Made by a program: the position numbers and the translations under genes
Shown: one piece after another, positions 35,597 to 45,516 of the stretch
How positions within the stretch are numbered: the first letter of the stretch is position 1
Layout: each line of letters starts with the position of its first letter
Source of the DNA: a virus
IMG/VR virus record: IMGVR_UViG_3300028593_001667
Reading direction: 5' to 3' (one strand)
Length of the DNA stretch: 64,000 bases
The notes under the pieces: model-generated
Seen by the model: only the letters and a program-made list of their open reading frames with translations
Told to the model about the DNA's origin: nothing
Database searches by the model: none

Positions 35597-37836
35597 AACT
35601 AACCATTTACACAGCAGATACCTGCGGACAGGAATCGAATGTTTACTATCCAAACAGACTTGAGGTAACGGACGAAGCAACGTTTAAGGATGCCGTCTCC
35701 TTTGACCATGTGGCGGCAAGATATCAAAACAACTATCGAAGCAATGCAAATTTTATCAAAGCCGACCATATCAGCATGGACTGTGATAACGAAAAAAGTG
35801 ATGATCCTAAGACTTGGATTCTACCTGAGGATATCCTGAGTCTCTTTGAGGGTGTCTCTCTCGCCATCGCTACCAGCAGAAATCACATGAAGGAAAAAGG
35901 CATGAGATCTGCAAGACCGAGATTTCATATCTACTTTCCCATTCCTGAAACAAAGGATGGTGAGGGTTACGCAAAGCTCAAAGAAGAACTGGCCGATTTC
36001 TTTTCCTTCTTCGATGCCGGGGCTTTGGGAAGTGCCCGTTTCATGTACGGAAACCCCGACACGGAGGTCATTTGGCGTGAAGGCGATCAGCTTATCACGG
36101 ACTTTATCCGAGATGATTTTGCCGAATGGGATGAAGCGCAAAGTGAGATTCCGGAAGGCACAAGAAATAAGACACTCTCGCACTACGCCGGCCGCATCAT
36201 CATAAGGCTTGGCGCAACGGAGGAAGCCCATGAGATGTTTCTTAAAAAGGCTGACCTCTGTAATCCTCCGCTTTCGGATCATGAACTTCAAACCATCTGG
36301 CAGAGTGCGATGCGCTTCGGAAAAAAAGTATCGGCACAGGAAGGTTATATTCCTCCGGAAGAATACGGCAAGGACTTCTCACTTATGCCGCCCGATTTTT
36401 CGGACATCGGTCAGGCTAAGGTCTTGACCCGAGAAAAAGGCGAGATCCTCGTCTACACCGATGCGACAGACTACATGACCTATAACGGGACGCATTGGGA
36501 GGAATCAAGGCAAAAAGCGGTCGGTGTCTGTCAGGATTTTTTGGATAAGCAGCTGGAAGAAGCAAAGGCTGTGCTTGGAAAAGCGACAAAGTTTCTCACG
36601 GAATCAGGGGTAACCCAAGAGCTCATTCAGGCAGGCGGCAGGACGCTTGAAAAAGCTATCGAGCCTGAACAAAAGAAAACATTTGATTTATATCGAGTCG
36701 CCCTTGCCTATAAAAATTTTGTTATGAAAAGGCGTGACATGAAGTATGTCACTTCCGCACTTCAGGCGGCAAAGCCCATGCTCCTTAAAATGATTCAAGA
36801 CTTTGACAGTCAGGATTTTATGCTGAATACGCCTACTGCTGCCTATGATCTGACAAAAGGCCTTCAAGGAGCGGTGCCACATAAGCCTGAAGATTATATG
36901 ACGAAAATCACTCTGGTCTCGCCCGATACGAAAAACGAGAAACTCTGGCTTGATGCGGTCTCGGGCTTTTTCTTAAACGATCAGGAACTCATCGAATATG
37001 TCCAGCAGATTGTAGGACTTTCCGCTATCGGCAAGGTCTATATGGAAGCACTGATTATTTCCTATGGAGAAGGTTCGAACGGCAAGTCGACCTTTTGGAA
37101 CTCCATTGCTAAGGTGCTGGGAAACTACAGCGGTACAATCTCGGCAGATGCTTTGACGGTCGGATGCAGAAGAAATGTAAAGCCTGAGATTGCTGAGCTG
37201 AAAGGAAAACGGCTGGTCATTGCGGCAGAGCTAGAAGAAGGCATGCGGCTTAATACTTCCGTCATCAAACAGCTTTGTTCTACAGACCTTGTCTCCGGCG
37301 AAAAGAAATATAAAGACCCTTTCAAATTTACACCGACTCATACCCTTGTCCTTTATACGAACCATCTCCCCAAAGTTGGGGCGAATGATGACGGCACTTG
37401 GCGAAGGCTCATCGTCATTCCCTTTCAGGCCAAGATTAAAGGCAAGGCGGATATCAAAAATTATGCGGACTATCTGGTGGAACATGCGGGCGGCGCGATT
37501 CTTTCCTGGATTATTGAGGGCGCGAGAAAAGCCATCGATAAAGACTTCAAGATCCCCATTCCGAAATGTGTGGCTAATGCCATTCATAGATACCGGGAGA
37601 ATAACGACTGGCTCTCAGGCTTTCTCGAGGAATGCTGTGAGATTGATCCATCATATACGCAAAAGTCGGGTGAGTTTTACCAGGATTACCGGGCCTATTG
37701 CCAGAGAACAGGCGAATGGACGAGAAGCACGGCGGACTTTTATACAGCCCTTGAAATTGAAGGCTATGAACGCAAGAAAACGAAAGCCGGAATGGTGGTT
37801 TTAGGGCTTCGTTTAAAGTCTGAATTTATGGACTAA
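35593..37836 (+). CDS. P4-family primase/helicase (PriCT + D5-like SF3)
   Basis: MDCDN, PRFHIYFP, EGTRN, GEGSNGKST, LYTNHLP, WRRL. Confidence 0.92.
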   Translation: MKLTIYTADTCGQESNVYYPNRLEVTDEATFKDAVSFDHVAARYQNNYRSNANFIKADHISMDCDNEKSDDPKTWILPEDILSLFEGVSLAIATSRNHMKEKGMRSARPRFHIYFPIPETKDGEGYAKLKEELADFFSFFDAGALGSARFMYGNPDTEVIWREGDQLITDFIRDDFAEWDEAQSEIPEGTRNKTLSHYAGRIIIRLGATEEAHEMFLKKADLCNPPLSDHELQTIWQSAMRFGKKVSAQEGYIPPEEYGKDFSLMPPDFSDIGQAKVLTREKGEILVYTDATDYMTYNGTHWEESRQKAVGVCQDFLDKQLEEAKAVLGKATKFLTESGVTQELIQAGGRTLEKAIEPEQKKTFDLYRVALAYKNFVMKRRDMKYVTSALQAAKPMLLKMIQDFDSQDFMLNTPTAAYDLTKGLQGAVPHKPEDYMTKITLVSPDTKNEKLWLDAVSGFFLNDQELIEYVQQIVGLSAIGKVYMEALIISYGEGSNGKSTFWNSIAKVLGNYSGTISADALTVGCRRNVKPEIAELKGKRLVIAAELEEGMRLNTSVIKQLCSTDLVSGEKKYKDPFKFTPTHTLVLYTNHLPKVGANDDGTWRRLIVIPFQAKIKGKADIKNYADYLVEHAGGAILSWIIEGARKAIDKDFKIPIPKCVANAIHRYRENNDWLSGFLEECCEIDPSYTQKSGEFYQDYRAYCQRTGEWTRSTADFYTALEIEGYERKKTKAGMVVLGLRLKSEFMD

Positions 37837-37845
37837 AAGTCAAAA

Positions 37846-37952
37846 GGTGCAGGTCGGTGCAGGTCTTTGTATAAAACCCCTTTAGGGCGAAAATTTTAGG
37901 TCAAAAATTCTATATAGAGAAGTTTATTAGATGACTTGCACCGACCTGCACC
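37846..37952. repeat. Candidate replication origin: inverted pair of tandem 10-bp iterons
   Basis: (GGTGCAGGTC)x2 at 37846-37865 and GACTTGCACCGACCTGCACC at 37933-37952, AT-rich spacer, immediately after the primase. Confidence 0.75.
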
Positions 37953-38000
37953 CTCTCGGAGAAAAGCCTGAAATATCAACGTTTGACGGAGGAAATAACA

Positions 38001-38282
38001 ATGCTTGAAAAACAGATAGAACATAAATTATTGACGGAAACCAGGAAAAAATCCGGGCTTTGTTTAAAGTTCGTCTCTCCCGGCTGGAACGGTGTGCCGG
38101 ATAGACTCATCCTTCTTCCTGGAGGAAGGATGGGATTTGTGGAAGTAAAGAAACCCGGCAAAAGTCCCGGAGCCTTGCAGCTTCAAAGGCATAAACAAAT
38201 CAGGAGCTTGGGCTTTCAGGTTTTTGTCTTGGACGATCCGGGAGATATCGGAGGGATTCTTAATGCAATACAAGGCTCATGA
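38001..38282 (+). CDS. VRR-NUC domain nuclease
   Basis: KFVSPGWNGVPDRL, FVEVKKPG. Confidence 0.9.
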   Translation: MLEKQIEHKLLTETRKKSGLCLKFVSPGWNGVPDRLILLPGGRMGFVEVKKPGKSPGALQLQRHKQIRSLGFQVFVLDDPGDIGGILNAIQGS

Positions 38283-39609
38283 TTATCAGGAATATGCCAA
38301 AGAGGAAATCATCAAGAAAAAAGCCTGCGGCCTTTTCTTAGAGCCCGGACTTGGGAAGACAGTGATCACACTTTCCGCCATCTGGGAATTGATGTTTGAC
38401 TACTTTGAAATTTCAAAAGTTCTCGTCATCGCTCCGCTTCGTGTAGCGGAGAATACTTGGACAGAAGAGCTTGAAAAATGGGATCATCTGACCTTTCTTC
38501 GAATCTCCAAGGTTTTGGGCAGTGAAAAGGAAAGAATCGATGCTCTTAAAATACCTGCCGATATCTATGTGATTAACAGGGAGAATGTCGCCTGGCTTTG
38601 TGATCTATATGACTGGGATTTTGACATGCTGGTGATTGATGAGCTTTCGAGCTTTAAAAATCCGTCCAGTAAACGCTTCAAGGCACTTCGGAAAAAGCGT
38701 CCCGGCATTGACCGTGTTGTAGGCCTTACGGGAACGCCCTCGACCAACGGGCTGATGGATTTATGGTCAGAGATTTATCTTTTAGATCAGGGTAAGCGTC
38801 TCGGGAAAACAATCGGAAGCTACCGGGCGGATTTCTTTGTTCCTGACCGAATGAACGGCTATATCGTCTATTCCTATAAGCCCCGTTCCGGTGCAGAGAA
38901 GTTTATTTACGGTCTTTTATCCGGTCTATGCGTTTCTATGAAAAGTTGCGACTTTCTCAAGATGCCGCAGCGTCTGGAGCGGGATGTGAAGGTCAAACTC
39001 TCGGATACAGCAAAGAACATCTATATGGAGATGGAGCATGAGATGGTGGCGGAGTTAATGGACAAAACCATTGATGCTGTAAATGCTGCCGTCCTTACTA
39101 ATAAACTCATTCAGATGGCATCGGGTGCTGTCTATGACGACCAAGGAAGCATCGCAGAGCTACATTCATCCAAGCTTGATACCTTGGAAGACCTAATCGA
39201 AGCGGCAAACGGAAAGCCCGTTCTTATCTACTACAACTATCGCCATGAACGAAGCCGGATAAAAGAGCGTTTCAAGGAAGCAGTGGAAATTAAAACACCT
39301 GAAGACTTTAAGGCTTGGAACAAAGGCGAGATCTCAATCGCTATGGCTCACCCCGCTTCGATGGGACATGGTCTCAATCTCCAACACGGCGGCTCTACCG
39401 TGATCTGGTTTTCCCTTCCCTGGTCGCTGGAACTTTACAGTCAGGCCAATGCCAGATTTTGGAGGCAGGGACAAAAGGATACGGTCGTCATCTTCCGGCT
39501 TCTTGCCGAGGGTACGATTGACCGGGATGTGGCGCGAGCACTCGAGAAAAAGGACGTCATGCAGGAAGCTTTAATGCAGGCGGTGAAAGCGAGGGTGACG
39601 GATGGATAG
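38263..39609 (+). CDS. SNF2-family helicase
   Basis: PGLGKT, DELS, GLTGTP, GHGLNLQ, QANAR. Confidence 0.92.
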   Translation: MQYKAHDYQEYAKEEIIKKKACGLFLEPGLGKTVITLSAIWELMFDYFEISKVLVIAPLRVAENTWTEELEKWDHLTFLRISKVLGSEKERIDALKIPADIYVINRENVAWLCDLYDWDFDMLVIDELSSFKNPSSKRFKALRKKRPGIDRVVGLTGTPSTNGLMDLWSEIYLLDQGKRLGKTIGSYRADFFVPDRMNGYIVYSYKPRSGAEKFIYGLLSGLCVSMKSCDFLKMPQRLERDVKVKLSDTAKNIYMEMEHEMVAELMDKTIDAVNAAVLTNKLIQMASGAVYDDQGSIAELHSSKLDTLEDLIEAANGKPVLIYYNYRHERSRIKERFKEAVEIKTPEDFKAWNKGEISIAMAHPASMGHGLNLQHGGSTVIWFSLPWSLELYSQANARFWRQGQKDTVVIFRLLAEGTIDRDVARALEKKDVMQEALMQAVKARVTDG

Positions 39610-40132
39610 CATAAAGAAAGTCAAAGAAATGCTTAAATGTTACCCCGAGAACGCCAAAAGGATGAAAGAGCTGGAACAGGAAATGGCACAGTTTATTCCG
39701 ATTAAGGCAAGCGAGGTTTTGGAGATGCTGACCTTTCCCGGAAAGACCGGCGATGAAGTCAGAGTACAAAAACAGCGCTCCAATAACCGCATCTTTTACA
39801 TCGCCACTTCTTATCGCAGGCTTGCCTGGCTCATCAATCATAAGGCGGAAAGAGAGATGACGGAGGATTACGAAAAGGCTGCCAAGGAAGTGGAATTTAT
39901 CCGCTATGCCATTCGTGCCTTGCCGCGCTTTTACCGAGACCTGATGACTTATGACATTTTGGAAGGCAGACGCTGGGGTGAGGTCTGTGAACGCTTTTCT
40001 TTAAGCGGTGTGGAGTTTTTAAGAAAAAAAGAGAAAGCCACCCTGCGAATGGCAAAGACACTGGAAAGACAATATCAATACTTCGGTTTTCGGAAGGAGG
40101 AATTATGCGATGATAATCGAGACAATGCTTGA
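39602..40132 (+). CDS. Putative late transcription regulator (ArpU/RinA-like)
   Basis: C-terminal AIRALP...EGRRWGEVCERF HTH-like segment; located before the packaging genes. Confidence 0.55.
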   Translation: MDSIKKVKEMLKCYPENAKRMKELEQEMAQFIPIKASEVLEMLTFPGKTGDEVRVQKQRSNNRIFYIATSYRRLAWLINHKAEREMTEDYEKAAKEVEFIRYAIRALPRFYRDLMTYDILEGRRWGEVCERFSLSGVEFLRKKEKATLRMAKTLERQYQYFGFRKEELCDDNRDNA

Positions 40133-40565
40133 AAACTATGAGCTTTATAAAAACGAACTGGAAGCGGATTTGTATCTCTTGCAGACGATGCTTCAGCAGA
40201 ATATGCCGGAGCCGTCGGGCGACACGCTAGAACTTGGAGGAGTCTTAAAACACTTAAAAGGCTGTGCCGACTTTGTCAACGATGCGGCCGTTGATCATAG
40301 ACTGAAGCACGCTGAGATGCGCTTTCGTCAGCTTTCCTATTTGGACTGGCTTATACGATCAAGGGCAAGTGAGGAGCAAGAAGTCATCAAGGCTTTGTGG
40401 CTGGACAGGCTTTCTCTTTCCGAAGCGTCGGACAGGTTTTATATAAGCAAGAGTTCCATGTACAGAAAGAAGCAGGAGGTGCTGAGTGCCTTGGAAGCTG
40501 CTTTTTCAGCCGACAGAGCCGTTCAGACACTTTGGAACGAAATGGAACAAACAGAAACGATTTGA
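40110..40565 (+). CDS. Second sigma-region-4-like HTH regulator
   Basis: EQEVIKALWLDRLSLSEASDRFYISKSSMYRKK. Confidence 0.55.
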   Translation: MIIETMLENYELYKNELEADLYLLQTMLQQNMPEPSGDTLELGGVLKHLKGCADFVNDAAVDHRLKHAEMRFRQLSYLDWLIRSRASEEQEVIKALWLDRLSLSEASDRFYISKSSMYRKKQEVLSALEAAFSADRAVQTLWNEMEQTETI

Positions 40566-40617
40566 TAATGCTTTGTAACTAAAGACCCTGATACTATTAA
40601 GCTAGGAAAAAACTCAG

Positions 40618-40648
40618 AAGACCTGCGGCGATGCTGCAGGTTTTTTTA
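40618..40648 (+). terminator. Terminator-like hairpin before the HNH gene
   Basis: acctgcggc-gat-gctgcaggt followed by a T-run. Confidence 0.6.
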
Positions 40649-40663
40649 TGCGGGAGGTGCTTG

Positions 40664-41017
40664 ATGCCAAGAAAACCGAAGCGCCCCTGTTCTTATCCCG
40701 GCTGTCCCGAGCTTGTTGAGGGAAGATTTTGTAAGAAGCATGAGCAGGAGGAAGCAAGACGATACGAAAAATACCAAAGGGATCCAGAGACAAGAAGACG
40801 CTACGGCAGAGCTTGGAAACGCATCCGTGACCGCTACATCAAGGCTCACCCTTTGTGTGAGGAGTGCAAACGAAATGGGAAGCTCACTCCCTCAGAAGAA
40901 GTTCATCACATCATTCCTTTGTCCGAAGGTGGAACAAATAAACAAAAAAACTTGATGGCTCTTTGTAAGTCCTGCCATTCGAGAATCCATGCCGAGCGTG
41001 GCGACAGGTGGAGCTGA
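40664..41017 (+). CDS. Packaging-associated HNH endonuclease
   Basis: MPRKPKRPC, PLCEEC, VHHIIPLSEGG, NLMALCKSCHSRIH. Confidence 0.92.
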   Translation: MPRKPKRPCSYPGCPELVEGRFCKKHEQEEARRYEKYQRDPETRRRYGRAWKRIRDRYIKAHPLCEECKRNGKLTPSEEVHHIIPLSEGGTNKQKNLMALCKSCHSRIHAERGDRWS

Positions 41018-41145
41018 CTTAGGTAGGGGGGTCTCAATCTCTGCGGAGGATTTTCCGAGCAACGGGCGGTGGGCGCCGTGCAAAAAAAGTTCAATTCAAA
41101 CGGGGGATTAACCCCCTTTTTTATTTTCAGGAAAGGAGGTGCCTT

Positions 41146-41727
41146 GTGGCAAGAGACGGAACATACCGAGGCGGCAGACGTGTCAAGGCCGGCAGCAAGC
41201 CGGAAGCCTTAGTTGACAAGATTGCCGCCGGAAAAGAAGCAAATGTGTTAGAAACACACGATTTTGACCCGGAGGCCCTTTTTGCTCCGGATGAGCCGGA
41301 AGGCATCTCGGATTTATACGGTGAGGACATGCCTGAGCCGTCGGACTACCTGTCCGCTCGGCAAAAAGACGGCAAGCCCTTAGGTGCAGATGAAATTTAC
41401 AAGGAAACCTGGCTCTGGTTAAAGGAAAGACGCTGCGAGAAGCTCGTCAATCCGAGACTTATTGAATCCTATGCACAGGCCTTTGCCCGCTTTATTCAGT
41501 GTGAGGAAGCGGTCAGCACCTATGGCCTGTTAGGAAAGCATCCGACAACAGGCGGAGCGATAGCTAGCCCCTTTGTTTCCATGAGCCAGAATTTTCAAAA
41601 ACAGGCCAACCTCATTTGGTACGAGATTTTTGACATCGTAAAGCAAAACACGACGACCGCTTTTATTTCCACACCCCAGGACGACATGATGGAGCGTCTC
41701 CTTCGAAAGAAAAAGGAGCGTGACTAA
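41146..41727 (+). CDS. Terminase small subunit (P27-like)
   Basis: RGGRRVKAGSK, KHPTTGGAIASPFV; follows the HNH gene. Confidence 0.85.
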   Translation: MARDGTYRGGRRVKAGSKPEALVDKIAAGKEANVLETHDFDPEALFAPDEPEGISDLYGEDMPEPSDYLSARQKDGKPLGADEIYKETWLWLKERRCEKLVNPRLIESYAQAFARFIQCEEAVSTYGLLGKHPTTGGAIASPFVSMSQNFQKQANLIWYEIFDIVKQNTTTAFISTPQDDMMERLLRKKKERD

Positions 41728-42859
41728 GATGCGGACGATGATTGATCTTTTTTCCGGAATCGGAGGTTTCCGCTTAGGGTTCGAAAGAGCGGGCTTTCGC
41801 TGTATCGGAAGCTGTGAGAACGATAAATTTGCCCTTGAATCTTACCGGGCAATGTTTGACACGAAGGGAGAGTGGTTTTGTGAAGACATACGAAGCATTA
41901 AATCAAAAGATATCCCCTTTGCAGACTGCTGGACCTTCGGCTTTCCTTGCCAGGATATCTCAGTTGCCGGCTTTCAAAGAGGAGTCTCTGCGGAAAGAAG
42001 CGGCCTATATTTTACAGTCCTTGACCTCGTCAAGGGCAAAGAAGAAAAAGATAAGCCCCGATGGCTTGTCGCTGAAAACGTTAAAAACCTACTATCCATT
42101 CATGACGGATGGGACTTTGCCCGTGTTCTCCTTGAAATGGATGAAGCAGGGTACGACGTCTTCTGGCAGGTGCTCAATTCCAAAGACTACGGCGTGCCCC
42201 AGTCAAGAGAGCGCATCTTCCTTATTGGACATCTTAGAACAAGAGGTCGATTTGAAATACTACCTTTCGAAGGAGAAAACGATGCGCATCTTAGAAGGCT
42301 TATAGGCGGATCCCAAGGCTACCGGGTCTACGATCCCGGAGGTGTCGCATGCACAATCCAATCTTCTGTAGGAGGGCTCGGTGCGAAAACCGGGCTCTAT
42401 TTAATTTCGCAGGAAGGAATGACGGTTAGCAAAGGTAAGGTAAAAACGAGGGATCAATCGACCTGCATCGTTGCGACCTACGGACACGGTCTTGACAACA
42501 AAGGCATGCGGACGGGAGTTCTTGAAGCAAGAAGTGTGTCTACACCTTTTCGCACATCGCCAAGATCCAAGACAGCAAGGCGTGTGAAGGAAGACGGCGA
42601 GCCGTCCTTTACCCTAACCGGACAAGACCGGCACGGCGTGCTTCTGAGCAACGGCAATCACTATGCCATCAGAAGGCTTACGCCGAAAGAGTGCTTTAGG
42701 CTTCAGGGCTTTCCGGATCATCTCTATGAAAAAGCAGCCGCTGTCTGCTCGGAATCTCAGCTTTACAAGCAGGCAGGCAATGCCGTTACGGTTCCTGTTG
42801 CGGAAGCGGTGGCAAGAAAAATTATTGAAGCGGAGGAAAAACAAGATGAAACATTATAA
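41720..42859 (+). CDS. DNA (cytosine-5) methyltransferase
   Basis: DLFSGIGG, GFPCQD, ENV, QSRER, RRLTPKECFRLQGF, YKQAGN. Confidence 0.93.
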   Translation: MTKMRTMIDLFSGIGGFRLGFERAGFRCIGSCENDKFALESYRAMFDTKGEWFCEDIRSIKSKDIPFADCWTFGFPCQDISVAGFQRGVSAERSGLYFTVLDLVKGKEEKDKPRWLVAENVKNLLSIHDGWDFARVLLEMDEAGYDVFWQVLNSKDYGVPQSRERIFLIGHLRTRGRFEILPFEGENDAHLRRLIGGSQGYRVYDPGGVACTIQSSVGGLGAKTGLYLISQEGMTVSKGKVKTRDQSTCIVATYGHGLDNKGMRTGVLEARSVSTPFRTSPRSKTARRVKEDGEPSFTLTGQDRHGVLLSNGNHYAIRRLTPKECFRLQGFPDHLYEKAAAVCSESQLYKQAGNAVTVPVAEAVARKIIEAEEKQDETL

Positions 42860-43970
42860 ATCAGCCGAGTCCGTGACGAAGGGTCACCCGGATAAGCTCT
42901 GTGACTATATAGCTGACAGCATTCTGGACGGCTATCTGAAAGGTGACGAAAGCTCCAGAGTTGCCGTAGAAGTAATGGCGACAAAGGGGCTTATTTTAGT
43001 TGCGGGAGAAGTGACGAGCAAAGCTGCTCTCGATGTAGAAAATATTGTGCGAGATGTACTTTTTGATGTGGGCTATGAACCTCAAAATTTCGAGATTAAA
43101 GTAAGACTTCACGCACAAAGCCCCGACATCGCACAGGGTGTTGACCGAGGGGAAAACCTGCTCGGTGCGGGCGATCAGGGAATCGTCTACGGCTATGCAA
43201 CGGATGAAACCCCTGAATACCTTCCGCTTCCTCAAGTGCTGGCAAGAAGGCTCACGATGAGACTTGAAGAAGTGCGAGAGAAAAACATCATCCCTGAACT
43301 TATGCCTGACGGCAAGTGTCTTGTGACTGTTGAGTACGAAAACAGTGAAGCGACAAGGATTCACTCGGTCGTATTATCCAGCCAGCATGAGGAGAGCATC
43401 TCCAATGCGGATCTCCGAAAGGCGATTCACACTCATGTGATTCGTCCTGCCTTAGAGGGCGTGCTTCCCTTTGAGGAAGAAGATATCCATATCAATCCGA
43501 CGGGCAGGTTTGTCTTTGGGGGTCCTGAAGCCGACACCGGCTTAACCGGCAGAAAGCTTGCTGTTGATACCTACGGCGGTCTTGCAAGGCACGGTGGCGG
43601 AGCTTTTTCCGGGAAAGATCCGACCAAGGTGGACAGATCGGGTGCCTACATGGCAAGGCTCATCGCACGAAGTGTCGTCTCTTCAGGCCTTGCAAAGGAA
43701 TGTGAAGTATCCATTGCTTACGCTATCGGAAGGCCTGAGCCTTTGTACTTTGATATTGACTGCTTCGGCACGGAGACAAAGGACATAGAAACGATTAAGG
43801 AAGAGTGCGAGACGCTCTTTCCCTTATCGGTTTTGCCCATGATTCACTACTTAAAGCTCAGGCAGGATTCCTATGCTCCTCTTGCTATCAAGGGACACTT
43901 CGGTGACAGCGAACTTCCCTGGGAAAATGACCTGGCAGGACTTTTGTTTCATGCGGGGGTGAGCCCATGA
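42846..43970 (+). CDS. metK: S-adenosylmethionine synthetase
   Basis: ESVTKGHPDK, GAGDQG, DTGLTGRK, HGGGAFSGKDPTKVDRS. Confidence 0.95.
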   Translation: MKHYKSAESVTKGHPDKLCDYIADSILDGYLKGDESSRVAVEVMATKGLILVAGEVTSKAALDVENIVRDVLFDVGYEPQNFEIKVRLHAQSPDIAQGVDRGENLLGAGDQGIVYGYATDETPEYLPLPQVLARRLTMRLEEVREKNIIPELMPDGKCLVTVEYENSEATRIHSVVLSSQHEESISNADLRKAIHTHVIRPALEGVLPFEEEDIHINPTGRFVFGGPEADTGLTGRKLAVDTYGGLARHGGGAFSGKDPTKVDRSGAYMARLIARSVVSSGLAKECEVSIAYAIGRPEPLYFDIDCFGTETKDIETIKEECETLFPLSVLPMIHYLKLRQDSYAPLAIKGHFGDSELPWENDLAGLLFHAGVSP

Positions 43971-45208
43971 AAATGACGGAGCACCTTGAAAAAGTTCCCA
44001 TTGATAAACTCGTTCCCTATGCCAGAAATGCCAGAACGCACAGCAAAGAACAAATCCTTCAGCTTCGAGCTTCCATCCGTGAATTTGGCTTCATCAACCC
44101 CTGCCTGATCGATAAGGACTACAACATCCTTGCCGGACACGGACGGGTACAGGCGGCCAAAGAAGAAGGGCTGACGGAAGTGCCCTGTGTCTTTGTGGAG
44201 CATTTAACCGAAGCACAAAAGAGAGCCTATATTTTGGCGGATAACCGCCTTGCTCTTAATGCCGGCTGGGATGAAGAAATGCTGTCGATAGAGCTTTCAG
44301 AACTGGAAGGAGCGGACTTTGACCTCGACCTTTTGGGCTTTACCGACACTGAACTTCATAAACTCTTAGGCGAGATCGAAACCGAGGAAGATGACTTTGA
44401 CTTGAGCGTTGCCCTGGAAGAAGCAAGCTTTGTAGAACCGGGCGATGTCTGGACACTAGGAAGGCACCGTCTTATCTGCGGAGATGCGACAAAGCTTCAA
44501 GATGTAGAAGCGCTCATGGACAAAAAGAAAGCAAACCTGATTTTAACCGACCCGCCCTATGCGGTAAGCTACGAGAGTGCATCCGGTCTTTCCATCAAAA
44601 ACGATAACCTGAAAGCCGAGGAGTTTTACGATTTTCTCCTAAGTTCTTTTAAGAATATGATCGAGGTTTCCGAAGCCGGAGCTTCCGCCTATGTCTTTCA
44701 TGCGGATACGGAAGGACTCACTTTCAGAAAGGCTTTTGAAGATGCGGGCTTTCACTTATCCGGTGTCTGCATCTGGGCAAAAGACTCGCTGGTGCTGGGA
44801 AGATCTCCCTACCAGTGGTCGCATGAACCGATCCTTTTTGGCTGGAACAAAAAGGGCAAGCATGAATGGTATGCAGGCCGTGCGGAAAAGACGGTCTGGC
44901 AGTTTAATAAACCGAAGAAGAACGAGAACCATCCGACCTCAAAGCCGATAGACCTACTTTCCTACCCGATTCAAAACTCAAGCCGGGCAAACGGCATCGT
45001 ATTGGATCTTTTCGGCGGCAGCGGTTCTACTCTTATCGCCTGTGAGCAAACAGACCGCATCTGCTACATGGCAGAGATTGATGAAAAGTACGCATCGGTC
45101 ATTTTAAGGCGGTATGTGGAATTTAAATCAGGCGACAGTTCGGATGTTTTTGTAGAGCGAGACGGCAAGAAAATCCCTTATAAAAAGCTTGTCAAAACTG
45201 TCGGTTAA
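43967..45208 (+). CDS. ParB-N domain fused to an N6/N4 DNA methyltransferase
   Basis: PYARNARTH, AGHGR, TDPPY, HPTSKP, DLFGGSGS. Confidence 0.92.
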   Translation: MKMTEHLEKVPIDKLVPYARNARTHSKEQILQLRASIREFGFINPCLIDKDYNILAGHGRVQAAKEEGLTEVPCVFVEHLTEAQKRAYILADNRLALNAGWDEEMLSIELSELEGADFDLDLLGFTDTELHKLLGEIETEEDDFDLSVALEEASFVEPGDVWTLGRHRLICGDATKLQDVEALMDKKKANLILTDPPYAVSYESASGLSIKNDNLKAEEFYDFLLSSFKNMIEVSEAGASAYVFHADTEGLTFRKAFEDAGFHLSGVCIWAKDSLVLGRSPYQWSHEPILFGWNKKGKHEWYAGRAEKTVWQFNKPKKNENHPTSKPIDLLSYPIQNSSRANGIVLDLFGGSGSTLIACEQTDRICYMAEIDEKYASVILRRYVEFKSGDSSDVFVERDGKKIPYKKLVKTVG

Positions 45209-45221
45209 TAACAAAAACACG

Positions 45222-45340
45222 GGTGTAAATTTGTCCGGTAAATAGCCTGAAATACCTGCAAATAAAGGCTTTTATGACTTGGCTTATCCTCCTTTTAGAG
45301 CGAACATGTACCTACAAAAACGAAGGAGGAAAAAGCCATG
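45222..45340 (+). repeat. ~118-bp promoter/RBS repeat, copy A
   Basis: Closely matches 46573-46690, e.g. gcaaataaagg..gacttggcttat..cttttagagcgaa.atgtac.tacaaaaacgaaggaggaaaa..ccATG. Confidence 0.9.
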
Positions 45341-45514
45341 AAAAAAGATTTAGAAAAGAAACTGGAAGCTATCGTCAAGGAACGCTATCCCGATATTGAG
45401 ACGCTTGAGAGCAGAAACAGCGACTCGCTGGATTTTCACGAAATCAGCGTCTGGGGACTTAGAGAACTTCTGGAAAAAGCCTATGAGCTTGGACGCTCGG
45501 AAGCGGGGAGGTAA
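45338..45514 (+). CDS. Small protein, DUF6900-like (58 aa, absent from the ORF track)
   Basis: MKKDLEKKLEAIVKERYPDIETLESRNSDSLDFHEISVWGLRELLEKAYELG; strong RBS. Confidence 0.75.
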   Translation: MKKDLEKKLEAIVKERYPDIETLESRNSDSLDFHEISVWGLRELLEKAYELGRSEAGR

Positions 45515-45516
45515 TT

